Translations under genes and position numbers: made by a program
Source: Cyanobacteria bacterium P01_D01_bin.156
GTDB lineage: Bacteria > Cyanobacteriota > Cyanobacteriia > Phormidesmidales > Phormidesmidaceae
Length of the DNA stretch: 64,000 bases
Assembly: GCA_039024555.1 (NCBI GenBank)
Contig: JBCCQQ010000010.1
Span: 32,001-96,000, forward strand
Reading direction: 5' to 3'
Shown: one piece after another, positions 1-12,731 of the stretch
How the letters are laid out: each line of letters begins with the position of its first letter
How positions within the stretch are numbered: the stretch's first letter is position 1
Notes under the pieces: model-generated
The model's input: only the letters and a program-made list of their open reading frames with translations
Told to the model about the DNA's origin: nothing
Database searches by the model: none

Positions 1-688
1 CCTTGGAACAATGTCTAACATTCACATGTCTGTGATGATAACTAGACCATAACGCGGCCACTAAGGGTGTCAGCCGTTAACGACTGTTTGCACATCGAGC
101 ACTGTTATAGTAATCAGGGAAATTATCATGATGCTCAAATATATTGCTTGGTAGGCTTCGCAGAACTACTTCTGTAGGAATTTTCTTGGTGCATCAGGGC
201 AACTGTTGAAGCTTAAAACATCAGCGCTATCAAATCTGTTGATTTCAGTGTCTATTGGTTTCAGTAATAGACGCTAGAAAAAGACAAGCTAAACGTTGCA
301 GCTCATAATTATTGGTCTGACACAGTAGCTATCAGCCAAGTTTCCATAATTTACAGATTGCTTATTTTTCTGGGCTGGAATGTTCCGATTCCTGAACTTT
401 TCCGAGTCTTGTCAACAACTGTTCGGATTCTTTGTAATTAGCTTGTTGATTAAGATATCGGGGGTGCTTTACTAGCGCTATTTTTTCATGTCTTTATAGC
501 CATATTCAGATCAAAACTGAGGATGTGAGCTTCGGTTCAAGCCATCTATTCGAAGTTCTGATCAATTGTCAGAGTAATCTACAGCAAGCTGTTAATTGTA
601 TTTAGCCGTTTGCACTGCCCATTGCTATGTAAAGTTCTGGCAATTACCTGACAGTTATATGCGCAAAGCTATCTTTTTATTTTTGGAG

Positions 689-3520
689 ATGCCTGAAGTG
701 AAACGAAAGCACTTCCTAAAGGGTATACCTGCTGTCGCTACACTCTCAGTCTTAGTCGTTTTAGGTCTGAAAAATTTTGCTGTTGATTTTGACCAATATA
801 GAAGCTACAGTGCCCTAATTTCAGATCAGCTGGTCAATGAAGCCGATGTTCAACTAGCATTGCAAAACATTCGCTATACCATTTCTCAAAATAGTCAGTC
901 CCTCAACGTCGCTTTACTAGAAGCGGAAAAAGTTCAGCTTCAACTGACAGAGCAAATTCCTCCCTCTCTTTCAGACAGAAATAAAAATCGGCTACAAAAA
1001 CAGCTAGAGTTCAATGCTGAACTTCTAGAAGAAAAGCGTCAGCTCATTGAACAACTTGAAGGGCACCACGCCAAAGTAAGAACCGCCCTAGCTCAAGAGG
1101 CTAATTTATTAGAAGGGCTAGATGGTAATCTGCGGCTAGAAGTGGAAGCTTTGCTAGATGACTTATCTCTTTATGCAGTGACTAGTAATGAACAGCTGAT
1201 CCTTGACATTGACGTAAAACTCCAGCGCTTAGAGAACAGGCTCGGCATCAATACAGCAACCCAACAACGCATCAATCAGGCCACTCAAATTCTCCTAGAG
1301 AATAAGCCTGTGGCGGATCAGCTAGTCGATGAAGTATTTGATTTACCCCTAACTAATAATATTCGGGCTTTAGAAAAACAGTTTGCTGAGATTCAGCAAA
1401 CGACTCGAGGAAGAGTTGAACTATACCGTAGTTTAATCTACGCTCTATTATTTATCAGTTCGGGCGTTGTATCCTTTTGGGTTATCAGTCGTTTACGTCG
1501 CTCAAGCCAACATACCGTCAGAGTGTTAGAGAGTATCACGGATGCATTTATTGCTGTGGATCGTAAGTGGGCAATTACCTACGTAAACGCTCAGGCTGCT
1601 GATATCCTCAAGTGCGAGATTTCCGGACTATTAGGACAAAGTTTTCTGCAAGTATTACCCGAATCTTTGGGCAAGCGGTTTACTGGGTACTACCGTGATG
1701 CTGTCATTAAAAAATTGAGAGTAGTTAGCTTTGAAACTTACTATAAGCCTACCCAACGCTGGTTAATGGTAAGAGGTTACCCTAGTCGAGATGGGCTATC
1801 TATTTTCTTGCAAGACTTTACTGAACGCAAACAAGCTGAGGAAAAGCTATTAGAACTGAATCGTGACCTTGATAATCGGGTCAAAGACCGTACAGCCCAG
1901 TTGGCCAATGCGATGGAGGAGGCAGAATCAGCCCGTGTAAAAGCTGAAGATGCCAATCGCTCCAAGAGTGAATTTCTCGCCAATATGAGCCATGAGTTAC
2001 GGACGCCTTTGAATGCCATTATCGGCTACAGCGAAATGCTGGAAGAAGATATCTATAGCATTGGTGAAGATGAATTTGTTCCTGATCTACAGAAAATTCA
2101 AGGGGCTGGCAAACACCTATTGGGGCTGATTAATTCAGTGTTAGACCTCTCTAAAATTGAGGCTGGTCGCATGGAACTCTTTGTGGAAGAGATCCATGTA
2201 CAAACCCTGATTAAAGAAATCATGGGAACTATTCAGCCACTGGTACAGAAAAATTACAATCAGCTGTTTGTGTCCTGCCCCGATGACATTGGTACCATGT
2301 ACGCTGACCAGGTAAAGCTACGGCAAAGCTTGATTAACCTTCTCAGTAATGCTTGTAAATTTACAGAGAATGGCAAAATCACCCTAACAGTTAGCCCAAC
2401 TAGCATTAATCACCAGACAGGTACACAGGAAAATGGTGTGCAGTTTATGGTGACAGATACGGGTATTGGTATGACTCCAGAGCAAATGAGTAAAGTATTT
2501 CAAGCATTTACTCAGGCCGATACATCAACTACCCGTAAGTATGGCGGTACTGGATTAGGGCTGACTATCACCAAACAATTTATTTCCATGATGGGTGGAG
2601 ATGTCTTGGTGGATAGTACCTACGGTGAGGGAACGACATTCACACTGATGCTCCCGAGAACAGTGGATGCAGAGAATTTATCAGAGGAAACATTCTTTGC
2701 GCCTCCCATACCGCGTACTGAACGGGAAACTGTTTCAGCCCTTTATGAACTATCTGAACAAACATCTGAAAAAACTATACTGCTTGTGGTTGATGAGCCG
2801 CAGACTCAAGAAAATTTGAAGAACTGGTTAGCTGACGAGGGCTATACAGCTATTTTTCCCGTGGATAGACAACAAGCCCTTGCCTATGTCGATGAGCTAC
2901 TACCGGATGTTATTCTGCTCGACGGCTTGCTCCCACGGCAGGATAGGGAATTTCTTTTAGAAGAAATCAGGGCTAGAACAGATTTGACCCAGGTACCTAT
3001 TATTTGCCTATCAGCTCCCGATGAATATGCTAATACTTATCAGCTAGGTGTCACCGAGTATGTCTCTAGGCCCCTGCAACCTACTAGTTTACTCAACACC
3101 TTAGAAAAGTATTTTCCAGAGTCTCCAGGACCTAAAATTTTAGTTGTTGAAGATGACTCGGATGCACGGGAAATCATGGGTCGATTATTACGCCAGTACG
3201 ACTGGACAATAGCGTTAGCTGCGAATGGACTACAGGCCCTTGACTATCTTCAAAAAACTGTCCCGGATCTGATTATTGTTGATTTAATGATGCCGGACAT
3301 GGATGGCTTTGAGCTAGTTAAGCGTCTGCGCCAGTCAACTCAGTGGGGAAGTATTCCAATTATCGTTATTTCAGCTAAAACGTTAACCGCTAGAGAACAA
3401 AAGCAATTAGAAGGTGTGGTCCGGATCTATCAAAAAGCAAACTTTAATCGCCAAGAGCTATTGAATGATGTCAAACGGATTGTATCTGCCAGAGCTAATA
3501 GTACATCAATGGCAAGTTGA
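689..3520 (+). CDS. Membrane hybrid histidine kinase (periplasmic DAHL-like sensor, PAS, HisKA, HATPase, two REC domains, the first atypical)
   Basis: H-box [17 protein letters not shown]-box [11 protein letters not shown]-boxes DTGIGM and GGTGLGL, two TM segments, PAS, C-terminal [15 protein letters not shown] track opens at 596 (TTG); ATG 689 is preferred because it aligns with the paralog start. Confidence 0.9.
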   Translation: MPEVKRKHFLKGIPAVATLSVLVVLGLKNFAVDFDQYRSYSALISDQLVNEADVQLALQNIRYTISQNSQSLNVALLEAEKVQLQLTEQIPPSLSDRNKNRLQKQLEFNAELLEEKRQLIEQLEGHHAKVRTALAQEANLLEGLDGNLRLEVEALLDDLSLYAVTSNEQLILDIDVKLQRLENRLGINTATQQRINQATQILLENKPVADQLVDEVFDLPLTNNIRALEKQFAEIQQTTRGRVELYRSLIYALLFISSGVVSFWVISRLRRSSQHTVRVLESITDAFIAVDRKWAITYVNAQAADILKCEISGLLGQSFLQVLPESLGKRFTGYYRDAVIKKLRVVSFETYYKPTQRWLMVRGYPSRDGLSIFLQDFTERKQAEEKLLELNRDLDNRVKDRTAQLANAMEEAESARVKAEDANRSKSEFLANMSHELRTPLNAIIGYSEMLEEDIYSIGEDEFVPDLQKIQGAGKHLLGLINSVLDLSKIEAGRMELFVEEIHVQTLIKEIMGTIQPLVQKNYNQLFVSCPDDIGTMYADQVKLRQSLINLLSNACKFTENGKITLTVSPTSINHQTGTQENGVQFMVTDTGIGMTPEQMSKVFQAFTQADTSTTRKYGGTGLGLTITKQFISMMGGDVLVDSTYGEGTTFTLMLPRTVDAENLSEETFFAPPIPRTERETVSALYELSEQTSEKTILLVVDEPQTQENLKNWLADEGYTAIFPVDRQQALAYVDELLPDVILLDGLLPRQDREFLLEEIRARTDLTQVPIICLSAPDEYANTYQLGVTEYVSRPLQPTSLLNTLEKYFPESPGPKILVVEDDSDAREIMGRLLRQYDWTIALAANGLQALDYLQKTVPDLIIVDLMMPDMDGFELVKRLRQSTQWGSIPIIVISAKTLTAREQKQLEGVVRIYQKANFNRQELLNDVKRIVSARANSTSMAS

Positions 3521-4122
3521 CAGGTCATATACCCATCACTGTAGAGCACCGTGGAAGAAGTATTTGCTGTAGCTGTGATAGTAGCAGAAAACTCCAGTAG
3601 CCAAGAGTTTCGGCCTGATAAATAAACGCTATAAAGACCGTGTTGACCACAAATATTTTTTATTATGAGCATTTATTTTCCGGAACTAATCGCTAGAGGA
3701 GAGCATCTTTATAAAGAAGTTTCGCATCTACTGAAATTTAGCCGTAATTAGAATTAGTGAGTGCTGGCATCAAATATTGCCCAATATTCGATTTTTAAAG
3801 CGCCATTATTTAGCTATGACTATCTAAATATTTTATAGAGTCAGTTAACCGTTAGTTAGATTGAATCTTTATTGCTAAGGGCAAGGTAAGAAATAAGTGT
3901 TTGTTGATCAAAGTAGCGCTACCAATATGATCTTCTGTCGGCTCCCATACCGATGGTTGTTGAACTCAGTCATTTCTCTCCTGGAGAGTACGGTTTTAGT
4001 GAGGCAGTTTCGTGCATGTGGTGAACTGAGGGATTTATATGTTCATCCGGATCATGTGTTGACAACAGCTTGTCAGTCGAGTTTATGACCACTCTCCTCA
4101 TATATACAGAGGTTTAGGAGGA

Positions 4123-6999
4123 ATGCTAGTGAATCGAGACGCTCTATTTCGAGGTGCAGGAGTCGCTGTTACTTTTCTGCTCCTTGCATTTTTAGGAATT
4201 AAAGGTAAATCTGTCGATGTGCGCCAGTACCAGCGTTACGCCGACTTGATTTCGAGCCAAGTTGAAAGTGATGCAGAAGTTGAACTGGCCTTGCTTAAGG
4301 AACGTTACACGGTTCTGCGGAATGACGAGCCCCTAGAGGAGGCATTGGCAGAAGAACTCTCTATTCAAGAAGAGCTCGCCAAAGAGGTTCCTGATTTTAT
4401 TTCTAAAGACGCCCAAGATACATTGCAGCAGTTAATTAGTCGGGATGCCCAGTTATTACAAGAAAAGACTGAGCTCATTAATCAATTTCAGCAAACCAAC
4501 TCGGAGCTGCAAAATGCCTTGGTGCAGCTGCCAAGTTTGGTTAATAACCTAAAGAATACCAGCGACGCTGATCTAGAACGGCTGATTGATGATGTCTTGA
4601 TTTACATTATGGCCACTGATGAGCAACTAGTGGCCACTATTGAGAAAGAGTTAGGTACTGTTGAGACTAAGCTAGATTCTAATGATTTCTCTAGTTCCGA
4701 TGATGTTGCACAGGTTGTTCAACTATCGCAGACGGTTTTACAAAATAAGCCCTTAGCCGATGCATTAGTCGATCAGGTCATCAACTTACCGCTTACTCAA
4801 AATATTAGAGAGTTAGAAGATGCCTTTGATCAGTCTAGCCGCAGTGCGTTTCGACGAACGGCACTCTATCGCAATACAGCTTACCTGGTGGCTCTCGCAC
4901 TCATTGGTGTGATTGCCTATAGTTTAATAGCTCGATTGAGGCAGTCGACCCAGCGGACAACAAGTGTCCTAGAAAATATTACTGATGCTTTTGTAGCCGT
5001 TGATCGTGGGTGGAAAGTCACCTATGTTAATGCGCAGGCTGCGGAAGTCTTAAAGCGAAATATTCAAGGACTTTTAGAACAGGATTTTTGGAAGATTTTT
5101 CCAGAATCTCTGGGCCTACGTTACCAGCAACAATATCGTCGGGCGATGGCTGAGCAAACGGTCGTCAGTTTTGAGACCTACTACGCTCCTACCCAACGTT
5201 GGCTACAGGTGCGGGGCTATCCTGGTCGTGATGGTCTGTCACTGTTTCTACAGGATGTTACGGAACGGAAGCAGGCAGAAGAGCAGTTGATGGAACTCAA
5301 CCGTGACTTGGATAGCCGCGTGCAGGATCGCACGACTAAACTCATGAAGGCTATGGAAGAAGCGGAAGAAGCGCGGGTTAAGGCAGAAGATGCCAACCGT
5401 TCTAAAAGTGAGTTCTTGGCAAATATGAGCCATGAACTACGGACGCCGCTCAACGCCATCATTGGTTACAGTGAAATGCTGGAAGAAGAAGCGACTGATG
5501 TCGGTGAAGACGACTTTGTTCCTGACTTACAAAAGATTCAGGGGGCAGGAAAACATTTACTGGGGCTGATTAATTCGGTGCTGGATCTGTCCAAAATCGA
5601 AGCGGGTCGGATGGAGCTGTTCTTAGAAGAATTTGCTATCCAAGACTTGGTAACAGATATTGCGGGGACCATTACGCCAGTTGCTCACAAAAATGAAAAT
5701 CATCTATCGGTGTTCTGTCCTGATGACATTGGTAACTTGCATGCAGATCAAACAAAGCTACGTCAAAGTTTGTTCAATTTGCTAAGCAATGCCTGCAAAT
5801 TTACTGAAAATGGTGATATTACTCTAACGGTAGAAGAAGTCTCTACGGTTGATAGTGATATCTATGACGGTCCATGGCTAAGGTTTATCGTTAGCGATAC
5901 CGGTATTGGTATGAAGGAAGATCAAATTGAAAAGATCTTTGATGCGTTTACCCAGGCCGATGCATCAACCACTCGAAAGTATGGCGGAACAGGTTTGGGA
6001 TTAGCCATTACCAAACAGTTTATCAATATGATGGGTGGTGATATCTCTGTAGAGAGTGCCCATGGCCAAGGAACAACATTTTCACTGCTGATTCCACAAG
6101 TGGTCCAGACTGCCAATGCTAAAGGGAAGACATTCTTTGCTCCAGCCCTATCTTCTGAAGGGGCATCGAGCCTGCCCAGTGGCGATATCACTAAGATAGC
6201 GACCAAACAAACAATTTTAGTGATTGATGACGACCAGGATGCTCGAGAAATCTTGCGTCGTTCTCTAAATGAGGCTGGTTATAACGTAGTTTGTGCAAGC
6301 AGTGGAGAGCAGGGACTGGCATTAGCAGAAGAGCTATTACCAGATGCCATTACTTTGGATGTAATGATGCCACAGATGGATGGATGGTCTGTATTGAGGC
6401 AGCTTAAAGAGACCCCCACGGTTGCGGATATTCCTGTTATTTTATTGTCCATTGTCGATGATCGTCCCCTGGGCCACAGTCTGGGAGCTGCAGATTATCT
6501 TACTAAACCCATTGATAGGCAGCGGCTGCTGGGAGTTTTAGAAGCTCATCTTTCCGGTCAAGCATCACCCACAATTTTGGTGGTTGAAGACGATGTCAAT
6601 GCCCGGGAGATTATGGGGCGCTTTTTACAGCGCCAAGATTGGACGGTAGATTTGGCCGCCAATGGGCGTGAAGCGGTGCATTATCTGGATGTGACAACGC
6701 CAGACCTGATTGTCCTGGATTTAATGATGCCTGAAATGGATGGATTTGAATTTATTCAGGTCTTGCGCCAAAATCCAGACTGGCAAGATATTCCTGTGAT
6801 TGTTGTTACGGCTAAAGCATTAACCGTTAGCGATCAACAGCAGCTGGAAGGCGTCGCACGGGTGTATCAAAAGGCCGATCTCAATCGTCAAGAGTTACTG
6901 AATGAGCTGCAGGCAGTTGTGTCAGCTAAAACAGTCTCAATGCCCAGTACAACAGATTCAGTGTCTAGCCCTGATAGGGTGTCTAGTACATCTGATTAA
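4123..6999 (+). CDS. Membrane hybrid histidine kinase, paralog of the previous gene, with two canonical REC domains
   Basis: Same architecture; REC motifs DVMMPQMDG...YLTKP and [18 protein letters not shown] immediately upstream. Confidence 0.93.
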   Translation: MLVNRDALFRGAGVAVTFLLLAFLGIKGKSVDVRQYQRYADLISSQVESDAEVELALLKERYTVLRNDEPLEEALAEELSIQEELAKEVPDFISKDAQDTLQQLISRDAQLLQEKTELINQFQQTNSELQNALVQLPSLVNNLKNTSDADLERLIDDVLIYIMATDEQLVATIEKELGTVETKLDSNDFSSSDDVAQVVQLSQTVLQNKPLADALVDQVINLPLTQNIRELEDAFDQSSRSAFRRTALYRNTAYLVALALIGVIAYSLIARLRQSTQRTTSVLENITDAFVAVDRGWKVTYVNAQAAEVLKRNIQGLLEQDFWKIFPESLGLRYQQQYRRAMAEQTVVSFETYYAPTQRWLQVRGYPGRDGLSLFLQDVTERKQAEEQLMELNRDLDSRVQDRTTKLMKAMEEAEEARVKAEDANRSKSEFLANMSHELRTPLNAIIGYSEMLEEEATDVGEDDFVPDLQKIQGAGKHLLGLINSVLDLSKIEAGRMELFLEEFAIQDLVTDIAGTITPVAHKNENHLSVFCPDDIGNLHADQTKLRQSLFNLLSNACKFTENGDITLTVEEVSTVDSDIYDGPWLRFIVSDTGIGMKEDQIEKIFDAFTQADASTTRKYGGTGLGLAITKQFINMMGGDISVESAHGQGTTFSLLIPQVVQTANAKGKTFFAPALSSEGASSLPSGDITKIATKQTILVIDDDQDAREILRRSLNEAGYNVVCASSGEQGLALAEELLPDAITLDVMMPQMDGWSVLRQLKETPTVADIPVILLSIVDDRPLGHSLGAADYLTKPIDRQRLLGVLEAHLSGQASPTILVVEDDVNAREIMGRFLQRQDWTVDLAANGREAVHYLDVTTPDLIVLDLMMPEMDGFEFIQVLRQNPDWQDIPVIVVTAKALTVSDQQQLEGVARVYQKADLNRQELLNELQAVVSAKTVSMPSTTDSVSSPDRVSSTSD

Positions 7000-7038
7000 C
7001 CCGCTAGTGACTGTAGGCTGAGGTTAATTAAGGGGATT

Positions 7039-9309
7039 ATGACAAAAATTTTATTAGTTGAAGATAATGAGCTCAATCGCGATATGTTAAGTCGGCGCCT
7101 TCGTCGTCGTGGATATGAGCTGTCAATTGCCGTAGATGGGGCAGAAGCGATCGCAATTGCCTCTGCCCAGACCTTTGACCTTATCCTGATGGATATGAGT
7201 CTGCCAGTGATGGATGGATGGGAAGCAACACGTCGTCTAAAAGCCCAACCCCACACCCAAAAGGTCCCCATTATTGCTTTGACTGCCCATGCTATGCGAG
7301 GCGATCGGGATCAAGCACTGGCGGCAGGATGTGATGACTATGATACCAAGCCTATTGATCTCAAGCGACTATTAAGCAAAATAAAATCCTTCTTATCATC
7401 AGAACAACTGGCAGATACGTCAAGTACTCCCAAACCTATCAAAACGAAGGAAAGTCCTGCGGCACCGGTGATTCCTATCAAACCAATCACCCCCATTGCC
7501 ACGCCAACTATTCTGCCGATATCTGCAACAACTTCCGAAACACCCGTTACACCAATTAATCCCGAACCTTTCCCCAACCCATCGGTTGCTCCTGAAGTTC
7601 AGTTGCCCAGCGGACTCCCAGCTGCTGCTACACCTAGTGATGATCTGTGGACTACTCCCTCTCCATCCTCTAAGGATGAACTATGGACCACCCCCTCCAC
7701 TGATGAGCTATGGTCACCCCCATTAGAACCAACCTCCCTGGATGTGGCCGGTATTAATCTAGATGTGAGCAAGAATGAGCCACCAGCCTCCCCGATTACG
7801 GCAAATATTCCAGACGTTGCGTCTGATGCTACTGAGGTCAAAGCTCCAGCTACTCTCGATGACGCAGATGTCAAAACTCCAATAGCTAGTGAAAAGAAAA
7901 AGAATATCTTTAGCGGCTTGCCCATTTTAGTGGTGGACGATAACGAAGATAACCGCGACATGTTAAGCCGTCGCCTTACCCGTCGAGGCTACTTAGCTGT
8001 TGTGGTAGAAAGTGGTGAAGCCGCTCTAGATTATATTGCCACCCATGCCGATGTAGCCCTAGTCCTTCTCGATATCATGATGCCAGGGATTGATGGTATC
8101 GAGACCTTAAAGCGTATTCGCAAAAACTACTCTCGTCAGCAGCTCCCTGTACTAATGGTTACTGCCAAAGCGCAGAGTGATGATATGGTCAAGGCTTTTG
8201 AACTAGGGGCCAATGACTACATTACTAAACCCATTGATTTTGCAGTGACCTTAGCTCGGGTGGAGACACAACTGGCGATTGTTAAAGCAACAAAGGTCAT
8301 AGATGAGCCTCCCCGATCCATTCGTCGTGCTCCAGAGGTTGCTGCTAAGAAACCCAGTGCACCACCTAGCACACCACTACCAGTAACTTCTGAAAAGACA
8401 GCTGAAAAAACAGCACCGTCTGAGCCTCAGCCAACTAGTGCAAACATTAGTCTGGTCCCTGACAACACAACGTTTTCTCGGTTCGCGGCAGATCGCTATC
8501 AGGTACAGTATTTCTTACGACAGGAGCCCCTCGGACCTCTTTCTATTGCCTTAGATAAACACACAGATTCTCTAGTCCTGTTGCAGACCCTCAAGGCGTA
8601 TTCCCAAGATACCGCTGATTTGTTAAAGCGAATCATGGAAAAAGAGACTGAAGCCTTTCAGCCACTAAGATCCCTTTTTCCAGGATATACCTATGGTCAA
8701 GTCGGAAACACGTTCTATATTGTCCATGGCTTGGGGGATACCTTCCATCAAGAGCAGTTACTACAGGCTAAATTGCAAAACCCTTGGCCATTGGAATCTG
8801 TTCTACTATTAATGGATCGCCTGCTGGAACAAGTCAGTGTCTTTCATCGCCACAACCAAATTCATACAGGGTTACGAGATGACTGTTTTATTCAGACCAA
8901 TGATTGGGAAACTAAGGGACAATCAATGGTTTTAGTGGACAGTGGTCTGGGCAAGCGAGTCATGATTGGCGTTAGCCAACAGTCTGCTGAATATCGCAAA
9001 CAGCTATTGATGCAGCGAGACTATCAGCCCTTGGAGCAGCGGATTGCTCGTCCCGTTATGAGTAGTGATGTCTATGCTCTGGGGTTAATCGGTCTGCAAG
9101 CACTGACTGGGCAATCCATTGATCAATTGACCATGCCCAGCGTTAGCGGAGAGCTACAGTGGCGTCAATTTACCACCATTCCCGATCCAATTGCAGAATG
9201 GTTTGAACAACTCATTCATCAGAGTCAGAATAAGCGCTTTGGCCATGCTATGGCCGCTCGCAACGCGCTTACTCCCCACCTACAGACTTACATGGCAGAA
9301 CCGGGGTAG
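7039..9309 (+). CDS. Response regulator: REC - Pro-rich linker - REC - degenerate Ser/Thr kinase-like domain
   Basis: DivK-like REC (VEDNE...DMSLPVMDG...KP), second REC (DIMMPGIDG), C-terminal kinase remnants (DSG, YQPLEQ, SDVYALG). Confidence 0.85.
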   Translation: MTKILLVEDNELNRDMLSRRLRRRGYELSIAVDGAEAIAIASAQTFDLILMDMSLPVMDGWEATRRLKAQPHTQKVPIIALTAHAMRGDRDQALAAGCDDYDTKPIDLKRLLSKIKSFLSSEQLADTSSTPKPIKTKESPAAPVIPIKPITPIATPTILPISATTSETPVTPINPEPFPNPSVAPEVQLPSGLPAAATPSDDLWTTPSPSSKDELWTTPSTDELWSPPLEPTSLDVAGINLDVSKNEPPASPITANIPDVASDATEVKAPATLDDADVKTPIASEKKKNIFSGLPILVVDDNEDNRDMLSRRLTRRGYLAVVVESGEAALDYIATHADVALVLLDIMMPGIDGIETLKRIRKNYSRQQLPVLMVTAKAQSDDMVKAFELGANDYITKPIDFAVTLARVETQLAIVKATKVIDEPPRSIRRAPEVAAKKPSAPPSTPLPVTSEKTAEKTAPSEPQPTSANISLVPDNTTFSRFAADRYQVQYFLRQEPLGPLSIALDKHTDSLVLLQTLKAYSQDTADLLKRIMEKETEAFQPLRSLFPGYTYGQVGNTFYIVHGLGDTFHQEQLLQAKLQNPWPLESVLLLMDRLLEQVSVFHRHNQIHTGLRDDCFIQTNDWETKGQSMVLVDSGLGKRVMIGVSQQSAEYRKQLLMQRDYQPLEQRIARPVMSSDVYALGLIGLQALTGQSIDQLTMPSVSGELQWRQFTTIPDPIAEWFEQLIHQSQNKRFGHAMAARNALTPHLQTYMAEPG

Positions 9310-9316
9310 TCATCCG

Positions 9317-12013
9317 TCATGAGCCATTACCAATAAGTACAAACGGTGCCCAGTAATAGGGTTCATGGTGCCCTTGATCTATTAGCTGTTGTTGAGCACT
9401 TTGGAGCGCTTGAGCTTTAGTGTTACCTGTCTGCAATGCCCGATAGAAAAGCTCCATTAGCGTTGATGTGGCGCGGTCATCGACCCACCATAGCGACGCT
9501 AATGCGGCTTGTGCCTCTGTGCGCTGGACCTGAAAGCCCATGCCTAAAATCTCTAACCCGTCCTCAATATGGCTAATGCCAGTTTGGCAGGCACTAAGTA
9601 CGACTAAATCTACATTGGGCAATGACCAATGACGTAATTCCTTGAGGGTAATCGTATCTCCATCCCCCAGTAAAATAAATGAGTTTTCGGGCTGCCCTGG
9701 AACAAAGGCGGCATGAGTTGCTAAATGGACAATATTTTGTCCATTTAATTGGTTTTCCAGATTGGCACGGGTAAAGTCTGTGTCGAGTAAAATTTGAGTG
9801 TCAGGAAATGTCTTCTGTAAAGCATGCACTTCTCGACCAGCATAAGGTAGCCCATTAAAATTCATGTTTTGCTGGGCAATTCGCTTTTCAAACGTTTGAT
9901 TAGTATTGGTAAAAGCCCCGGCTAACACACTCCATGGCTGTTGCGGTGAATGGGTTAAATCACCCACATTACTGGCTGTCAAGTTATAGGAAACATAGTC
10001 CTGTGTGAGCCATCGACCACTCTCACGATTATATAGAACAGAGAGCGGAATATAGTGAAGAATGCCGTCAGGAATGTAAATAATATGTTCGATGGCCAGT
10101 TTTTCAAGAGTTTTGTTGAAAGGAGCAATAATAGCGTCATATAGTGAGCTGGCAATGGCTTTAACGTCACTGCTGGGATCTACCAGTTGTTGACGTAGGA
10201 CATTGACTTGCTCTTCAATTTGATGCTTGCTCAAGCTAGTTGTTTTATGAATGGGTGCCCCATCTGCTGAGACAAGCAACAACTCTAAACGATCTTCAAG
10301 AATGAGAGGGTAGAGCACAGCAGACTCATAAGGCAAGGCATTAAGTTTTTGCTGGAGTTCTTTCAAGGAATCTGAGTGTAGCTCGGGATTCCTATTGAGG
10401 GTGTCTAGAGCTCCCTCTACATCGGGATATGCTAAGAACTCTTCCAAACTTAGAACTGGAGAGGTTTCGGCAAAGGTCTCTAATAGCAAGATCTGGTGCT
10501 GTTCTAACAGTATTCGCTCTCCAGTTAGATAGGGCAACTTCTCTTTGAAGTCAGGTTGTTCTGAGCGAACATCGTGGAAGTAGTCTTCAAGTTCTTGGAT
10601 CTTGAGTAAATCTAAAACCTGTTGTGCTTCAAAAACACGATTTTGCTTTAGTAGTAGGGCTACTAGTTCTCGATAACTGTTAGAAACGGTTTCGACATAG
10701 CGCTGCTGAGTTTCTAAGGGGAGCGATCGCACATTGTCTCGAATTTGCTCAATGTCATTAATAGCCTGTTTATAAAATGCGATCGCTAGCAGCGGCTGTT
10801 TTTGCTGAACTAGAGATTCAGCAAAACTGATAGTGGCCATGATTGTTCGTTGTCGCTCCCCTCCATCTAAAGCCAGTCGCAGGGCTTGATGATAGTTCTC
10901 CCAGGCCACAGCATAGTCTTCTGTAGCCGAGTAGGCCCTAGCAAGTGTGATTTTGAGGTTTATCCGCAGGCCTCTATCATAGAGGGAAGTTAACTCAAGT
11001 GCTTTATTAAGCAACGATATGGCGGACTTGAGTTCCCCTAAAAAGATATGCACGTTACCCAGATTATGTAACGTTGCACTAATGTCAGAAGGACGGCCTA
11101 AAGACACTTTGATTGCCAAGGCCTGCTGATAAAAATTTAGAGCAGCTGAGTAATTGCCCTGGCGATTTTCAACGACTCCAAGATTATCGAGTATTTGGCT
11201 AGTTTGCAGCGTGTCGCCACCTGTAGCATCTAGGGCAAGAGCCTGCTTATAAAATTGCTTAGCGGTTTCATAGTCTCCTAGGTGAGTCCAAATATTGCCA
11301 ATATTGATTATTGACTTGATTTGATCTTCAATAAAAATCTCATCCACATATTCAGCATAGCCTCTTTCAAAAACAGATTGAGCTTGAGTGTAGTGCTCAA
11401 TAGCATTAGGAAAATCACCATAATCCTCAGAAATAGCTCCCAATATGTAGTATGAGTAACCTAAACTGTCTGGTGTTACAGGTGCATCTAATGACAGCTC
11501 AATAACTTGATTTAGAAGCGCAATAGCCTGTTCTCGCTGCCCCAATTTAAAGGCTAACCGTCCCCAAGAATAGAATATATCTGCTCTCAAAGTCATTACT
11601 TGGGGGATTTCAATCATATCAGTAATGCCTAGAGCCTGTTGATAAGCTTCAACGGCTAACTGTGGCTGAGACATCTCATGATAAATCTGGCCAATTTTCT
11701 GTAATGTAATGGCTAACCCAATAGAATTATCATCTTGCCTGTAGAGATCCTTTGCCTGCTGAAACGTGTCCAGGGCAGCTGATAGCTGATCATCTATAAA
11801 TAGACGCTCCCCTACGTCTAATAACGTTTCTATTTGGACAGCTTGCGTTGGATGAGTCTGAGCTAGGATCGTAGGCGCTCCTAAACTTAGAAAAAAGACG
11901 AGACTTAAGCCCAGATTAATAGGTATTTTTTGTCGCACTAATCCTTTACTGCCAAAAGCTCCACACTTTGAGAGTACACAACGAATCCTCAAAGTGTGGA
12001 GTGTTTTTAACAC
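9317..12013 (-). CDS. TPR-repeat CHAT (caspase-like) protease, probably exported
   Basis: Multiple TPRs, CHAT dyad motifs HLATHA and LSACQTG, ASLWWV, terminal HEPYYWAPFVLIGN. Start codon uncertain; hydrophobic signal-like segment near the N-terminus. Confidence 0.9.
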   Translation of the reverse strand: MLKTLHTLRIRCVLSKCGAFGSKGLVRQKIPINLGLSLVFFLSLGAPTILAQTHPTQAVQIETLLDVGERLFIDDQLSAALDTFQQAKDLYRQDDNSIGLAITLQKIGQIYHEMSQPQLAVEAYQQALGITDMIEIPQVMTLRADIFYSWGRLAFKLGQREQAIALLNQVIELSLDAPVTPDSLGYSYYILGAISEDYGDFPNAIEHYTQAQSVFERGYAEYVDEIFIEDQIKSIINIGNIWTHLGDYETAKQFYKQALALDATGGDTLQTSQILDNLGVVENRQGNYSAALNFYQQALAIKVSLGRPSDISATLHNLGNVHIFLGELKSAISLLNKALELTSLYDRGLRINLKITLARAYSATEDYAVAWENYHQALRLALDGGERQRTIMATISFAESLVQQKQPLLAIAFYKQAINDIEQIRDNVRSLPLETQQRYVETVSNSYRELVALLLKQNRVFEAQQVLDLLKIQELEDYFHDVRSEQPDFKEKLPYLTGERILLEQHQILLLETFAETSPVLSLEEFLAYPDVEGALDTLNRNPELHSDSLKELQQKLNALPYESAVLYPLILEDRLELLLVSADGAPIHKTTSLSKHQIEEQVNVLRQQLVDPSSDVKAIASSLYDAIIAPFNKTLEKLAIEHIIYIPDGILHYIPLSVLYNRESGRWLTQDYVSYNLTASNVGDLTHSPQQPWSVLAGAFTNTNQTFEKRIAQQNMNFNGLPYAGREVHALQKTFPDTQILLDTDFTRANLENQLNGQNIVHLATHAAFVPGQPENSFILLGDGDTITLKELRHWSLPNVDLVVLSACQTGISHIEDGLEILGMGFQVQRTEAQAALASLWWVDDRATSTLMELFYRALQTGNTKAQALQSAQQQLIDQGHHEPYYWAPFVLIGNGS

Positions 12014-12731
12014 TATCTCTAGTGTGGTACGTATAAACTAATATCGGCTACATGGTTATGAAAAGGTATATTGACGACTGAATTTGCGAGATAACCATCT
12101 CATTGCTCGACGTCTGCGATTGGGACGTGAATCTGGACGTACGGGGGCTGATGTATCTGATGAAGAAGCGGTCATAGTGAACTACTTAGCCTAATTTTCT
12201 GCCGTTAGAATTTCCAACTTCGATGTAACAAGCGTGTTGCCGTTGATATCTTGATGATGAAATCTGGGGGATGGATCTGTCAGTACTCTTTGGGGTACTT
12301 TCAGTATCAATTTTGCTGTGTAGTCAAATGCTACATGGCTACTTGATATATTCCGGACAAGGTTTTAGCAAATCAACATCTATCGTTGCTGATCTAGAAG
12401 ATGGAGCGAGCAATAACGCTGCCTAAGGGGCTGGATATGATCGATCAAGCCAAGTCGAGGGTCTGGATGCTGGACAACTACTGGGGATTTTTTATCGCCA
12501 TTTCTTGACAGTGGCAACGGCCTAAAGATTGGCCTGATGAAAACTTTGACCTGACTGATAGCCGCTTATACATCCTGCTCTAGCCGACCGATGGACTGCA
12601 TAGATTTGATGATTTGCTTTGGACTGACCCAAACTTTACTTTTGTAAATTCCTCCGGACGAGTGCAGAATAATTTGACTTTGCCCTGATGAATAACTAGC
12701 CGTATAAATTGATATAGGTGGAAAGACGCTA

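Noticed and set aside
1..595. Partial gene at the window start
   Set aside because: No ORF in the track and no convincing reading frame found by inspection.
3897..4088. 63-aa ORF between the two kinases
   Set aside because: GTG start and no motifs; likely promoter/UTR sequence.
12056..12175. 39-aa Arg-rich ORF upstream of TPR-CHAT on the - strand
   Set aside because: No clear RBS or family resemblance; cannot be supported.
12401..12688. Possible + strand pseudogene (96 codons, two internal stops)
   Set aside because: No recognisable homology; the stop density is compatible with chance.
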